Assembly: GCA_934101145.1 (NCBI GenBank)
Contig: CAKOPZ010000002.1
Coordinates: forward strand, 28,866-92,865
Direction of reading: 5' to 3'
DNA length: 64,000 nt
Source: an uncultured Clostridia bacterium
Lineage (GTDB): Bacteria > Bacillota > Clostridia > TANB77 > CAG-508
The position numbers and the translations under genes were made by a program. The notes beneath the pieces are model-generated. The model searched no databases. It worked only from the letters and a program-made list of their open reading frames with translations, and was not told where the DNA came from. Below, one piece after another: positions 27,740 to 36,606 of this stretch (its first letter is position 1; each line of letters opens with the position of its first letter).

Positions 27740-28342
27740 ATGTCATCATATTATTCACCATCAATAGAGAAATTAATTGAAGCTTTTGAAAGATTGCCAA
27801 GCATAGGAAGTAAAACTGCTGCAAGACTTGCTTTTTACATCTTAAATGCGAGTGAAGATGAAACAACAGATTTTGTAAACTCTATTATAAATGCTAAAAA
27901 GAATTTAAAATATTGTTCAAAATGTTTTAATATTTCAGATACAGATCCTTGTGAGATATGCTCAAATGCAACAAGGGATAATTCAGTTATTTGTGTTGTA
28001 GAAGATGTAAAAGATGTAGTTGCAATGGAAAGAACACATGAATTTAAAGGATTATATCATGTGCTTCATGGAAGTATTTCACCCATGAATGGAATTGGAC
28101 CAGATGATATAAAAATAAAAGAGCTTCTTGCAAGACTTATGGGGGGAGAAGTTAAAGAGCTTATTTTAGCAACAAACCCACGAGTTGAAGGAGAGGCAAC
28201 AGCCATGTATATTTCTAAACTTGTGAAACCACTTGGAGTGAAAGTTACAAGAATTGCTCATGGGATACCTGTTGGTGGAGATTTGGAATACACTGATGAA
28301 GTTACTTTAAGCAAAGCATTAGAGGGAAGAAGAGAATTATAA
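27740..28342 (+). CDS. recR: Recombination protein RecR
   Basis: HhH ([17 protein letters not shown]), C4 zinc finger ([16 protein letters not shown]) and Toprim domain. Confidence 0.92.
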   Translation: MSSYYSPSIEKLIEAFERLPSIGSKTAARLAFYILNASEDETTDFVNSIINAKKNLKYCSKCFNISDTDPCEICSNATRDNSVICVVEDVKDVVAMERTHEFKGLYHVLHGSISPMNGIGPDDIKIKELLARLMGGEVKELILATNPRVEGEATAMYISKLVKPLGVKVTRIAHGIPVGGDLEYTDEVTLSKALEGRREL

Positions 28343-28354
28343 AACATAATCACA

Positions 28355-28396
28355 AAAAATATCGCCTATAATATTATATTAAAGGCGATATTTTTT
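28355..28396 (+). terminator. Terminator after recR
   Basis: Stem atatcgcct / aggcgatat plus T6. Confidence 0.55.
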
Positions 28397-28406
28397 GGAG
28401 GATATT

Positions 28407-28595
28407 ATGGATTTTTTTGAACTTTCTGGTGCTGAATTTGTTTCAACTGCCAGTATTTTAGCAATTACAATTTCAAAAAATTTTACTTCTGATGAGAATA
28501 ATACTTTGGGTAATTTCTTTTCAGCACTTGGACAAAATCTATGTACTATTGCAGATGCACAAGCATTAGATGAAAATCAGCCTAAAAGTGTTTGA
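28407..28595 (+). CDS. Small hypothetical protein (63 aa) with one hydrophobic segment
   Basis: ATG 28407 after ggagga RBS. Its 3' end overlaps the convergent glycosyltransferase gene by 19 nt. Confidence 0.4.
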   Translation: MDFFELSGAEFVSTASILAITISKNFTSDENNTLGNFFSALGQNLCTIADAQALDENQPKSV

Positions 28596-29701
28596 CAAAT
28601 ATCCTGTGTTGAGTGAATTTTTGCAAGTGATTTTGCAGCATCACGCATTTTTTCTATTTTTTCATCAGAATTAAATAGTGTTAAAATTATTTCGTCTGGA
28701 TTTGCATCTTTTCTTATCCAGACACCTGCACCGTGATTTTCTAAAAATTGAGCATTTTGTTCTTCTTGTCCTGGTATAGGATTTATTATAATCATTGGCA
28801 AATGTGATGCAAGGCTTTCTGTTGAAGTTAATCCACCTGGTTTTGTTACAACTATATATGATATACTCATAAGTTCTGGAACTTTATCTGTAAATCCTAA
28901 AATTTTAACTCTATTTTCTGCATTTAAATTTTGAACTGTTTCTTCAAATGCTGTTTTCATTTTTTCATTTTTTCCTGATATTGCAACAATTTGATAATCT
29001 GGCAAATTGTTAATTAATGAGTTTAATATTTGAATTGTTCTATCCTTTCCAAGACCAAATTCGCCTCCACCAAAGAATAGTATAACTCTTTTGTCTCTAT
29101 TTAGTTTAAACATATTGTAAATGTTTTCTTTATCGAATTTTTCTAAAAATCTATCTGACATAGGAATTCCTGTTACATTAATTTTGCTGTTTTCTACTCC
29201 ATAATCACAAAGTTCTTTTCTCATATTTTCATTTGATACAAAGAAATAATTTGTATATTCATGTCCAACAAGCCATTGCTCATGTGATGCAAAGTCTGTA
29301 AGTATTGTTGCAAGTGTAACATTAATTTTACCTTTTCTTTTTAAATAACTTACCATTTGGCTACTAAATGGGTGTGTTGATATAACTATGTCTGGTTTTT
29401 CTTGTAAAATAAGATTTTTTAGTTTTATTGCCATAAATTTGTTGGCTCTTGAGCTTAAATGTCCAAGTGCTCCTTTTTGTGAATTTGAATATACTTTTCC
29501 CCATAGTTCTGGCATTTTTTTTGCCATTTCTCTGTATGCACCTGTTGTAAGCTTTTCAAGTGCATTGCTAATGTATTTCATACAATCTATGTTGGAAACT
29601 TCTACATCTTGATAATGTTCTTCAATATATTTTTGAATTGATTTTGCAGCTGAAAGGTGACCGCCACCATATGATGCATACAATATTAATACTTTTTTCA
29701 T
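28577..29701 (-). CDS. GT28-family glycolipid synthase (MGDG synthase / UgtP-like diacylglycerol glycosyltransferase)
   Basis: 374 aa. Has KKVLILYASYGGGH... N-domain and a C-terminal GT-B domain (VTKPGGLTSTES, PGQEEQNAQFL). Confidence 0.8.
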   Translation of the reverse strand: MKKVLILYASYGGGHLSAAKSIQKYIEEHYQDVEVSNIDCMKYISNALEKLTTGAYREMAKKMPELWGKVYSNSQKGALGHLSSRANKFMAIKLKNLILQEKPDIVISTHPFSSQMVSYLKRKGKINVTLATILTDFASHEQWLVGHEYTNYFFVSNENMRKELCDYGVENSKINVTGIPMSDRFLEKFDKENIYNMFKLNRDKRVILFFGGGEFGLGKDRTIQILNSLINNLPDYQIVAISGKNEKMKTAFEETVQNLNAENRVKILGFTDKVPELMSISYIVVTKPGGLTSTESLASHLPMIIINPIPGQEEQNAQFLENHGAGVWIRKDANPDEIILTLFNSDEKIEKMRDAAKSLAKIHSTQDICQTLLG

Positions 29702-29844
29702 ATTTTTTTCATTCCTTCCTTAAATCAAAAATAAATGCCTTAGCTTTTAGTAACTGTATCATATCATGTATTATAAAAAAAATGAATAAATTTTATAAAA
29801 AAAAGAAAAATAAAGATAATTAACTAAATTTTGGAGGTTTATTA

Positions 29845-31233
29845 ATGGGGAAAGTAAAAGATAAATTAATTGATTGGAAAAATAGATTAAAAGATAGACA
29901 TATGCTATCTATAATAGTTACTTTGGTGGTTATTTTAATAGTACTTGGGTTATATACTTATAAAAAACAGAGAGATTTTAGACAAGCCTCAGAAAATTCA
30001 TATAATATGGCATTTTTTGAGCTTGTTGATTATGTGCAAAATGTTGAAACATATCTTGCAAAATCACTTATATCAAGTTCAGCTGCGCAAGGAGCAGAGT
30101 CACTTACAAATGTATGGAGAGAGGCGAATCTTGCAGGTGCATATTTAGCACAGCTTCCTATAGATAGTAATGAACTTGAAAAAACAAGCAAGTTTTTGAA
30201 CCAAGTCAGTGATTATAGTTATTCTTTATCGAGAAAAAATATAAAAGGTGAAAAGCTTTCTGAAGAAGATATGAACAATCTAGAAAGTTTGCACCAATAT
30301 AGTGTAGAGTTAGAAAATACATTAAATCAGCTTTCACTGGATTTAAATGAAGGAAAGATTAAATGGGGAGAATTAAATAAAAAGGGAAGTGCTGTATTTG
30401 CTACGCAAACAAGTAATATTTCAAAGGACAGTTTTAGTAATTTAGAGGAAAATTTTCATGAGTATTCAGGACTTATATATGATGGTGCATTTTCAGAACA
30501 TATTACAAATTCAGAGAAAAAAGGTCTAACAGGAGAAAATATAGATGAAAATAAGGCAAAAGAAATTGCAGGAACATTTGTTGGAAATCAAAATATAGAA
30601 AAAATTGAATCACAAGGAAAAGGAGAGAATGCAAATATTACTGCATATAATTTTAATGTAAAACTTAAAGACCAAGATAGAAATGTAAGTATTGCTATAT
30701 CTGAAAAAGGCGGACATATAGTATACATGGACTCTGATAGAGAAATACAACAAGAGACAATATCAGAAGAGCAGGCTGTTAAAATAGGAAAAGAATTTTT
30801 GCAAAGTAAAGGATTAAATAATATGACACAAACATATTATTTAAAAAATAATGGAATTGTAACAATAAATTATGCTTATTTGCAAGGTAACGTAATTATG
30901 TATTCTGATTTAATTAAGGTAAAAATTGCACTTGATAATGGTGAAGTTTTAGGAATAGAAACAACAGGATACTTGAATTCACATTATACAAGGAATATTC
31001 CAAAAGCAAAAATAACTGAAGATGAAGCAAAGAAAAACTTAAATAAAAAATTAGAAATAAATTCTTCAAGACTTGCATTTATTCCTACTGAATGGAAAAC
31101 AGAAGTTTTTTGTTATGAATTTACAGGTAAAATAAATGACATGGATTTCTTAGTATATGTAAATGCACAAACAGGTGAGGAAGAAGATATACTTCTTATT
31201 GTAAATACTCCAAATGGTACACTTACACATTAA
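29845..31233 (+). CDS. ypeB: Germination protein YpeB (PepSY domains)
   Basis: N-terminal TM. Segment FFELVDYVQNVETYLAKS...NVWREANLAGAYLAQLP matches the YpeB N-domain. C-terminal PepSY repeats. Confidence 0.8.
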   Translation: MGKVKDKLIDWKNRLKDRHMLSIIVTLVVILIVLGLYTYKKQRDFRQASENSYNMAFFELVDYVQNVETYLAKSLISSSAAQGAESLTNVWREANLAGAYLAQLPIDSNELEKTSKFLNQVSDYSYSLSRKNIKGEKLSEEDMNNLESLHQYSVELENTLNQLSLDLNEGKIKWGELNKKGSAVFATQTSNISKDSFSNLEENFHEYSGLIYDGAFSEHITNSEKKGLTGENIDENKAKEIAGTFVGNQNIEKIESQGKGENANITAYNFNVKLKDQDRNVSIAISEKGGHIVYMDSDREIQQETISEEQAVKIGKEFLQSKGLNNMTQTYYLKNNGIVTINYAYLQGNVIMYSDLIKVKIALDNGEVLGIETTGYLNSHYTRNIPKAKITEDEAKKNLNKKLEINSSRLAFIPTEWKTEVFCYEFTGKINDMDFLVYVNAQTGEEEDILLIVNTPNGTLTH

Positions 31234-31299
31234 TTGAAGATTGACAATAAAATATGATATTGTATATAATAGGCGCATATAAATAATATAAAAAGGAAG

Positions 31300-32706
31300 A
31301 TGAAGCCTATGGAAAATAAAAAAGAACTTACAGTTCAAGATATAATAGAGATATGTCAAGGAGAGCTTGTATGTGGAGAAGAAGATGTTATTTTAAATGA
31401 TTTTTGCCAAGATACAAGATTGATTAAACAAGGTGATGTTTATGTTGGAATAAAGGGAGAACATCATAATGGAAATGACATGTACGAAATAGCATTAGCA
31501 AATGGTGCAAAAGTATGTATTTTGCAAGAAGTTGATGTACCAGAATATGTAAAAGAAAAATATTATGATAGATCAATTGTTATTGTAAAAAATACAATAT
31601 ATGCTTTGCAAGAACTTGCAAAATATAAAAGAAGTATGTATGATATTCCGGTTGTTGCAATTACTGGAAGTGTTGGAAAAACAAGCACAAAAGATATTGT
31701 TGCAAGTGTAATGGCAAAAAAATTTAATGTGCTAAAAACAGAAGGAAATTATAATAGTCAACTTGGAACAGCACTTACAGTTTTAAGGTTAAAGGATCAT
31801 AATGCAATGGTTGTGGAACTTGGAATGAGTAATCTTGGAGAGATTAGTAGACTTACAGATATAGTTAAGCCTACTGTTGCGGTTATTACAAATATAGGAA
31901 CAGCACATATTGGAATTTTGGGCTCAAGAGAGAATATTTTAAAGGCTAAACTTGAAATATTAGAAGGCCTTCAAAGTGAAGGCAAAGTTGTAATAAATAA
32001 TGATAATGATATGCTAAATAAATGGAATCTTGAAAAAAGTGATGTTTATGATGTTATAACTTATGGAATAGAAAATGTAAGTGATATTATGGCATATAAT
32101 ACAGATTTTTCAGAAGATGGAAGCGACTTTGATGTTGATATAGAAGATAAAACATATAATGTGCATATAGGTGTTGGAGGTAATCATTTTGTTTCTAATA
32201 GCTTATGTGCAATTGCTGTTGGTAGAATTTTTAATATAAATATGCCAGATATTTTAGATGGAATTGCACATTTTGAATTAACAAAAAGAAGAATGCAGGT
32301 AGAAAAATTAGAAAATAACGTAATTGTTATTAATGATTGCTATAATGCAAATTGTGATTCAATGAAAGCTGCAATACATTATCTTTCTGAACTGAAAAAT
32401 TGTAAAAAAATTGCAGTTTTGGGAGATATGCTTGAACTTGGGGAATATTCTGAAAAGCTTCATAGAGAAGTTGGAGAGGAACTTGTAAAAGACAAAATAG
32501 ATATTGTAATTACAGTTGGAAATGAAGCAAGATATATTGCAGATGAGGCCATAAAAGGAGGCAATGCAAAAGTATATGAATTCAATAATAATCAATATGC
32601 AATAGAAAAAGTAAAAGAAATAATGAAAGATGGAAACGTAGCAATATTAATTAAAGCTTCAAATGGAATGAAATTTCAAGAAATTGCAAATGAAATTTGT
32701 AAATAA
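31300..32706 (+). CDS. murF: UDP-N-acetylmuramoyl-tripeptide--D-alanyl-D-alanine ligase MurF
   Basis: Mur ligase P-loop ITGSVGKTSTKD and three-domain organisation. Confidence 0.9.
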   Translation: MKPMENKKELTVQDIIEICQGELVCGEEDVILNDFCQDTRLIKQGDVYVGIKGEHHNGNDMYEIALANGAKVCILQEVDVPEYVKEKYYDRSIVIVKNTIYALQELAKYKRSMYDIPVVAITGSVGKTSTKDIVASVMAKKFNVLKTEGNYNSQLGTALTVLRLKDHNAMVVELGMSNLGEISRLTDIVKPTVAVITNIGTAHIGILGSRENILKAKLEILEGLQSEGKVVINNDNDMLNKWNLEKSDVYDVITYGIENVSDIMAYNTDFSEDGSDFDVDIEDKTYNVHIGVGGNHFVSNSLCAIAVGRIFNINMPDILDGIAHFELTKRRMQVEKLENNVIVINDCYNANCDSMKAAIHYLSELKNCKKIAVLGDMLELGEYSEKLHREVGEELVKDKIDIVITVGNEARYIADEAIKGGNAKVYEFNNNQYAIEKVKEIMKDGNVAILIKASNGMKFQEIANEICK

Positions 32707-32730
32707 GTATCTTGATGGGAGGTATTAATT

Positions 32731-33792
32731 ATGTCTAAAGAGAGAATTGCAGTTATTTTTGGAGGTATGTCAACAGAACATGATGTTTCAATTGTATCAG
32801 GTACATCAGTTCTTAAAAATTTAGATAAGGAAAAATATGATATATTTCCAATATATATTGATAAAAATGGAAATTGGTTTAAATATACAAAACATGTAAA
32901 TCAAATAGAAGTCTTAAAGGTTGGAGACAAAATAGGAGAATTAGATAAAATAGAAAAACCTATGGGATATTTGAAAAGCATGGATGTGATTTTTCCTGTA
33001 TTACATGGCTTATATGGAGAAGATGGAACAATACAAGGAATGTTTGAATTGTTAAATAAAAAATATGTTGGCTGTAAGCCTCTTGCATCAAGCATTTGTA
33101 TGGATAAAGTATATGCGAAAGTTATTTTTGATAAGGCTAAAATAAATCAAGCAAAATATATCTACATAAGAAAAGCAGGAGAAAGATATATATACATAGA
33201 TAATGAATTTAATGAGAAAATACATTCTTTAGAAGAGATTGCAGATATAGTAGGTGAAAAAATTGGTTTTCCAGTGTTTGTTAAACCATCAAATTCTGGT
33301 TCATCAGTAGGAATTAATAAATCACATAATGCAGAAGAGCTTATTAAACATATACAATATGCGAGTCAATTTGATAATAAAATTTTAATAGAGGAAAACA
33401 TTTGTGGAAGAGAAGTAGAGTGTGCTGTACTTGGAAATGAAGATGTTAAGGCAAGTTGTGTTGGTGAAATACTTCCTGCAGAGGAATTTTATACTTTTGA
33501 TGCTAAATATAAAAATGCTGAGTCAAGAGTGGTAATACCAGCTGACTTACCAGAAGATATTTCAAATAAAATTCGTAGTACTGCAATAAAGGCTTTTAAA
33601 GCAGTTGATGGCAAAGGCTTATCAAGGGTTGATTTCTTTGTGGAAAATGATACAAATAGAATTATTATAAATGAAATTAATACTCTACCAGGATTTACTC
33701 AAATAAGTATGTATCCAAAACTTTGGGAAGAAGCAGGAATTAAATACAGTGATTTGTTAGATGAACTTATTAAACTTGCAAAAGAAAATTAA
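32731..33792 (+). CDS. ddl: D-alanine--D-alanine ligase
   Basis: Ddl N-terminus IAVIFGGMSTEHDVSIVSG. ATP-grasp domain. Confidence 0.9.
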   Translation: MSKERIAVIFGGMSTEHDVSIVSGTSVLKNLDKEKYDIFPIYIDKNGNWFKYTKHVNQIEVLKVGDKIGELDKIEKPMGYLKSMDVIFPVLHGLYGEDGTIQGMFELLNKKYVGCKPLASSICMDKVYAKVIFDKAKINQAKYIYIRKAGERYIYIDNEFNEKIHSLEEIADIVGEKIGFPVFVKPSNSGSSVGINKSHNAEELIKHIQYASQFDNKILIEENICGREVECAVLGNEDVKASCVGEILPAEEFYTFDAKYKNAESRVVIPADLPEDISNKIRSTAIKAFKAVDGKGLSRVDFFVENDTNRIIINEINTLPGFTQISMYPKLWEEAGIKYSDLLDELIKLAKEN

Positions 33793-33808
33793 AAAGGACG
33801 TGAAATAA

Positions 33809-34387
33809 ATGAAGGATGCAAAAGAACTTTTGAAAGAAATAGATGAAGATGCTAAGAAAATGTTGTCAGAAAAAAGATACATTCATTGTAAAAATGTTAT
33901 GAAAAGAGCAGTTGAACTTGCTAAAATGTACGGTGTAGATAAAGATAAGGCAATGCTTACAGGACTTGCTCATGATATTGCAAAAGAAATACCAAAAGAA
34001 GAAATGTTTCAGTATATTGAAGAACATGGTATAAAGATTGATGAATTTGAAAGAAATAATCCTGGCTTGTTACATGGAAAAGTAGCAGCAGTACTTTGTA
34101 AAGAAAAATATGGCTTTACAGAAGATATGCAAAAAGCACTTGAATATCACACAACAGGAGAACCGGATATGGATGATCTAGCTAAAATAGTATTTATAGC
34201 AGATAAAACAGAAGAGGGTAGAAAAAATAATGATTGGGAACAGATAAGAGCTAAAGAAAAGGAAGGACTTGATGCACTTTTATTATATGTTATAGATGAA
34301 TCTATTTGCTATGTTATACAAAAAGGAAAGCAAATTAGAATTGATACTATTTTGACAAGAAATTATTTATTAGAAAAAATGAAATAG
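33809..34387 (+). CDS. yqeK: HD-domain phosphohydrolase, YqeK family
   Basis: HD motif (HCKNV...GLAHDIAK). About 190 aa, typical of YqeK. Confidence 0.75.
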   Translation: MKDAKELLKEIDEDAKKMLSEKRYIHCKNVMKRAVELAKMYGVDKDKAMLTGLAHDIAKEIPKEEMFQYIEEHGIKIDEFERNNPGLLHGKVAAVLCKEKYGFTEDMQKALEYHTTGEPDMDDLAKIVFIADKTEEGRKNNDWEQIRAKEKEGLDALLLYVIDESICYVIQKGKQIRIDTILTRNYLLEKMK

Positions 34388-34393
34388 AAAGTT

Positions 34394-34612
34394 GCAAATT
34401 ATATTGTTACTATTTAATAGTTTTACGATTTATATTGACGCATAGCGGTATAATATTTCTTAGAAACTTGCCGTTCGCAGCCAATCCAAAAGATTGACGG
34501 CTGCTCGAATCGCACTCAGCCTTCGGCTTCGTTTGGTCGCTGCGCGTTTCCTTGAAATATTATATCGCTATGCGCCTACAAAAAACATTATCCAGTAACA
34601 TTATATTTGCAA
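34394..34612 (+). ncRNA. Candidate structured ncRNA (6S-like?) or MITE: GC-rich core flanked by segmented ~40-bp inverted repeats
   Basis: Inner IR is gcatagcggtataatatttc (34440-34459) against gaaatattatatcgctatgcgc (34554-34575). Outer IR is caaattatattgttactat (34394-) against ccagtaacattatatttgc (34590-). The core 34460-34553 is ~55% GC and holds a GCCuucgGGC tetraloop hairpin and other stems. Confidence 0.35.
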
Positions 34613-34687
34613 TTTTTCTTTTTGACTATTTTATTATGCAAAAAAATGTGATATAATATGTGAACCATTATATGGAGGGATTTCAAG

Positions 34688-35602
34688 ATGATTTTTAAGG
34701 ACTATTACAAAATATTAGGGTTAGAAAATAACAAAGTGAGCACAAATGAAATAAAAACAGCATATCGAGAACAAGCTAAAAAATATCATCCAGATATTTC
34801 TTCGGAAACTGATTTTTCAGAGGAAAGATTCAAAGACATAAATGAAGCATATAAGGTGTTATCAGATGCAGTAGCAAGAAGAAAATATGATAGAACATGG
34901 AATTCGCGTGTTGGATATAAAAAGAGAAAAGAGGAGAACAAAAGAGAAGAAGGGTCTGTTTTTAGTAACTTTTTAAAAATGTTTTTTGGAGAGGCAAAAG
35001 CAGAGAAACAAAGTGAACTAAAAAAGAAAAATAAATATCCTAAAAAGGGAGAAAGTATTGAAACAGAAATTGATATTTCAATAGAGGAAGCTTTTTATGG
35101 TGCAAATAAGAAAATTTCACTACGTACTGTAGATGGAAAAATGAAAAATTTTTCTATAAAGATACCAGTTGGAATTAGAAATGGCGAAAAAATAAGACTA
35201 ATCGGACAAGGGAAAAAAGGCCAAAATGGAGGAAAAAACGGAGATTTATTTATTAAAATAAATATAAATAATAACAATAAATTTTCTCTTCAGGGAATTG
35301 ATATACATACATATATTCTTCTATCTCCATGGGAAGCAGCACTTGGAACAAGAATTAGTGTTGATGCAATCGACGATACAGTTTCAGTGTATGTACCACA
35401 GGGAATCCAAAGTGGGGAAAGAGTAAGAATTCCTGGAAAAGGTTATCAAGACGGAAAAGGTTCAAGAGGAGATTTAATAGCTGAAGTTAAGATAATGGTT
35501 CCAAAAGAATTAACAGATAAAGAAAGAGAATTGTTTGAGGAACTTGATAGGGTTTCAAATTATAATCCAAGAAATGAAACGATTGTTAACATAAAAGCAT
35601 AA
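34688..35602 (+). CDS. cbpA: DnaJ-domain protein of CbpA type (J-domain plus DnaJ C-terminal domains, no zinc finger)
   Basis: J-domain DYYKILGL...KYHPD. C-terminal CTD I/II beta-domains. Extended -10 promoter TGaTATAAT at 34647-34655. Confidence 0.75.
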   Translation: MIFKDYYKILGLENNKVSTNEIKTAYREQAKKYHPDISSETDFSEERFKDINEAYKVLSDAVARRKYDRTWNSRVGYKKRKEENKREEGSVFSNFLKMFFGEAKAEKQSELKKKNKYPKKGESIETEIDISIEEAFYGANKKISLRTVDGKMKNFSIKIPVGIRNGEKIRLIGQGKKGQNGGKNGDLFIKININNNNKFSLQGIDIHTYILLSPWEAALGTRISVDAIDDTVSVYVPQGIQSGERVRIPGKGYQDGKGSRGDLIAEVKIMVPKELTDKERELFEELDRVSNYNPRNETIVNIKA

Positions 35603-35608
35603 AAATGA

Positions 35609-35637
35609 TTGACATAGTTTGGTAGTTATTGTATAAT
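35609..35637 (+). promoter_or_regulatory. Consensus sigma-A promoter of the 35708-38637 module
   Basis: TTGACA, 17-nt spacer, TATAAT. Confidence 0.6.
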
Positions 35638-35707
35638 TAAGGTTAGTTATTGAGTTACAAAGGATAAACTATGTCTACTAAAACTCATAGTAAGGGAGGA
35701 CAAAAAT

Positions 35708-36226
35708 ATGGATACTATACAAGGCAAACACTTTAGTATAACAGATCCAAAAGGTGTTAATACTGTAATTTATAGAATTATTGAAACAGATAAATCGCTT
35801 TTAAATGAATTTCCAAAATATACAGTCGAAAGATTACAGTCTTCTGAAGAATTAAGAGGAGACCTTAAAAGAAAGACTTTTTTTGTTGACGAACCAGCTG
35901 AAGAGGAAGATTTGGTTATTCTATCCTTTGGACAGGATAGAGTAGTTGTCAATATGGGAATTCTTGAAGAAAATAAAGTTAAAATTTCTAAAAAACCTAT
36001 GCCTATAAAATTTGACACATTATATTCTGAAAATGAAAGAGAATATAGAAATTTTACATATACACCAAATTTAAAAAGGACAATATCTATTATTGATCCG
36101 GAAACGACAGAAGAAATTAAACCTGTAGTTTATTTAGATGAGGATACAAATGAATTAAAAGGAAAATGTAAATTAGAACCATACAAATCATATTTTGCGT
36201 TTGAGATAAGAGATAAAAAGACTTAA
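35708..36226 (+). CDS. Hypothetical protein (172 aa), first gene of coupling-protein module
   Basis: agggagg RBS. No recognisable domain. Confidence 0.5.
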   Translation: MDTIQGKHFSITDPKGVNTVIYRIIETDKSLLNEFPKYTVERLQSSEELRGDLKRKTFFVDEPAEEEDLVILSFGQDRVVVNMGILEENKVKISKKPMPIKFDTLYSENEREYRNFTYTPNLKRTISIIDPETTEEIKPVVYLDEDTNELKGKCKLEPYKSYFAFEIRDKKT

Positions 36227-36245
36227 GTTAGAAGGAGGATATATA

Positions 36246-36581
36246 ATGAGTAGTACAAATGTACATTCAGAAAAACAAAGCAATAAATATTGTGCAGTTG
36301 CACAAATAATACCAACCACACCAGAGAAAGGATTGGATATACCACCCAAAAATGCTAAGCCAGGACCATCAAGAATGGATATTATGAATGATGATTTAGT
36401 GCTTAATATATCAGCTGTTGGAGACTATGAGGTAGAAAATGATGGAACAGTTGTTGACTTAGGAAGTAAGGAAGTACTTGGAAAAGTTTCAATGGAAAAG
36501 TGTAAAAAGAATAAGAAATTACGTTCTAAGGTAGCACCAAGTAAGTACAAAAATAAAGACAGCAAGGAAATGGAACACTAA
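36246..36581 (+). CDS. Hypothetical protein (111 aa)
   Basis: aaggagg RBS. Basic C-terminal tail. No recognisable domain. Confidence 0.5.
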   Translation: MSSTNVHSEKQSNKYCAVAQIIPTTPEKGLDIPPKNAKPGPSRMDIMNDDLVLNISAVGDYEVENDGTVVDLGSKEVLGKVSMEKCKKNKKLRSKVAPSKYKNKDSKEMEH

Positions 36582-36606
36582 AAAACAAACGAAAAGGTGA
36601 AATGTT

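Noticed and set aside
34434-34456. TTGACG followed by TATAAT, which looked like a promoter for the GC-rich element
   Set aside because: The spacer is only 8 nt, incompatible with sigma-A geometry. The TATAAT is part of the inverted-repeat arm.
35670-35735. 21-codon upstream ORF (MSTKTHSKGGQKYGYYTRQTL) in the leader of the coupling-protein module
   Set aside because: It has only a weak SD and no conservation evidence. It overlaps the RBS of the 35708 gene and is probably fortuitous.
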